A stretch of DNA of 64,000 bases from Acidimicrobiales bacterium. Its GTDB lineage: Bacteria; Actinomycetota; Acidimicrobiia; Acidimicrobiales; Aldehydirespiratoraceae. The stretch is from NCBI GenBank assembly GCA_965214945.1, contig OZ244029.1, forward strand, positions 125,256 to 189,255, in the 5' to 3' direction. The first letter of the stretch is position 1; every line of letters starts with the position of its first letter. Both the position numbers and the translations under genes were made by a program. A model generated the notes under the pieces. It did no database searches. It was given only the letters and a program-made list of their open reading frames with translations, and was not told the DNA's origin. This document shows, piece by piece, positions 63,403 to 64,000 of the stretch.

Positions 63403-63433
63403 CGGCTGCCCGCGGGCGGCTGCCCGCGGGCGG
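63403..63433. repeat. 14-nt tandem duplication cggctgcccgcggg x2 (plus cgg) abutting the stop codon of the VOC gene
   Basis: Copies are at 63403-63416 and 63417-63430. The stop is tta at 63434-63436. Confidence 0.9.
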
Positions 63434-63883
63434 TTACTGATAGAGGTGGGAGGGGCTGCCGGGCGGGTTGCGACCCGGTTCGGGGTTGTCCGCCAGCACC
63501 TCGCATTCCATAAGGTCGGGGTCGCGGAAGAACAGGCTGATCTTGCGGCCGAAATCGGTGACGACCCCGTCGGTGGCGCCGACGGCTATCAGCCGGTCCC
63601 GGATCCGGTTGAAGTCGTCGAGGCTGGCGGCGCGCAGGCCGATGTGGTCGAGGCGGCCTCGGCCGAACATCGGCGTCTGGTGCTCGGCTTGGTCGTTCCC
63701 GTCGATCTCGAACACGTTCAGTTCAGAGGAGGGGCCGATGTTGATGACGGTGAGCCGGGGCCCGCCCGGATATTCTTCGCCGTCGCTTTCAACGGTGGCC
63801 CCGAACATGTCGGCGTAGAACTGCTGAAGCCGGTCGGAATCGCTGGTGATCACCGCAACGTGATCGAGGCCCTGAGTGAGCAT
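63434..63883 (-). CDS. VOC (glyoxalase) family protein
   Basis: Start at MLTQGLDHVAVITSD. Contains FYADMFGA, LDHIGLRA and FFRDPDLMECEV. Confidence 0.7.
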   Translation of the reverse strand: MLTQGLDHVAVITSDSDRLQQFYADMFGATVESDGEEYPGGPRLTVINIGPSSELNVFEIDGNDQAEHQTPMFGRGRLDHIGLRAASLDDFNRIRDRLIAVGATDGVVTDFGRKISLFFRDPDLMECEVLADNPEPGRNPPGSPSHLYQ

Positions 63884-64000
63884 TGGCAGTCCTTTCACCG
63901 CCTGGCGCAACCGAAGATCTGCGAGAGCACGGGAGGCGCTTCGAGCCGGCGGCGCGTGCGGGTGGTGCGATAGGCTAGCCAGCCATGAGGTTGCTCGTTT

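Noticed and set aside
1-64000. CRISPR arrays, rRNA genes, IS elements, prophage or conjugation genes
   Set aside because: I found no regularly spaced repeat array, no rRNA-like sequence, and no DDE, tyrosine or serine recombinase motifs in any long ORF.

Overview
This is a 64-kb, high-GC, densely coding chromosomal window that looks actinobacterial. The clues are a mycothiol ligase (mshC) next to cysS, a luciferase-like (F420/FMN-type) oxidoreductase, a Tat-exported SLH surface protein, and the conserved recR-dnaX-SRP RNA-tRNA-Ser neighbourhood. I call about 65 protein genes, 5 tRNAs (Ser-GGA twice, Ser-CGA, Ala-UGC, Arg-CCU) and 2 SRP RNA copies. I saw no rRNA, CRISPR array, intact integrase or transposase. 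Five observations stand out. (1) A perfect 332-bp direct repeat sits at 3860-4191 and 13967-14298. Each copy holds a whole SRP RNA plus tRNA-Ser(GGA), and the two copies bracket a 10.1-kb integrase-less cassette encoding a NitT/TauT-type ABC importer, two C-N hydrolases, a hydantoinase/dihydropyrimidinase, an LLM oxidoreductase and a decayed aminotransferase with a G16 tract. (2) A five-gene minus-strand operon at 30431-34312 combines a MauE-like membrane protein, a Tat-exported protein with about 24 Cys that resembles the methylamine-dehydrogenase light chain and is fused to three SLH repeats, a MauD-like membrane thioredoxin and two unknowns. It has no MauB or MauG, and I consider it the best candidate for an undescribed system. 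(3) A methylated-amine module at 52230-61001 contains a Tmm-like FMO, a Tdm-like DUF1989+GcvT protein, serine-glyoxylate-type aminotransferase, malyl-CoA lyase, an Amt transporter and a chain of four tiny membrane proteins, two of them below the ORF-track cutoff. (4) At least 13 short tandem or near-tandem duplications (11-37 nt) lie almost exclusively on start or stop codons of genes. (5) Smaller oddities include a Leu/Val-dehydrogenase homologue lacking both catalytic lysines, a cysS-mshC tandem, a 125-nt convergent gene overlap, hairpin repeats upstream of prfC, a truncated PIN toxin with an HTH antitoxin, and an AT-rich patch carrying an AAA/DUF4143 ATPase. All functional calls come from reading motifs in the translations by eye. 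No database search was run.
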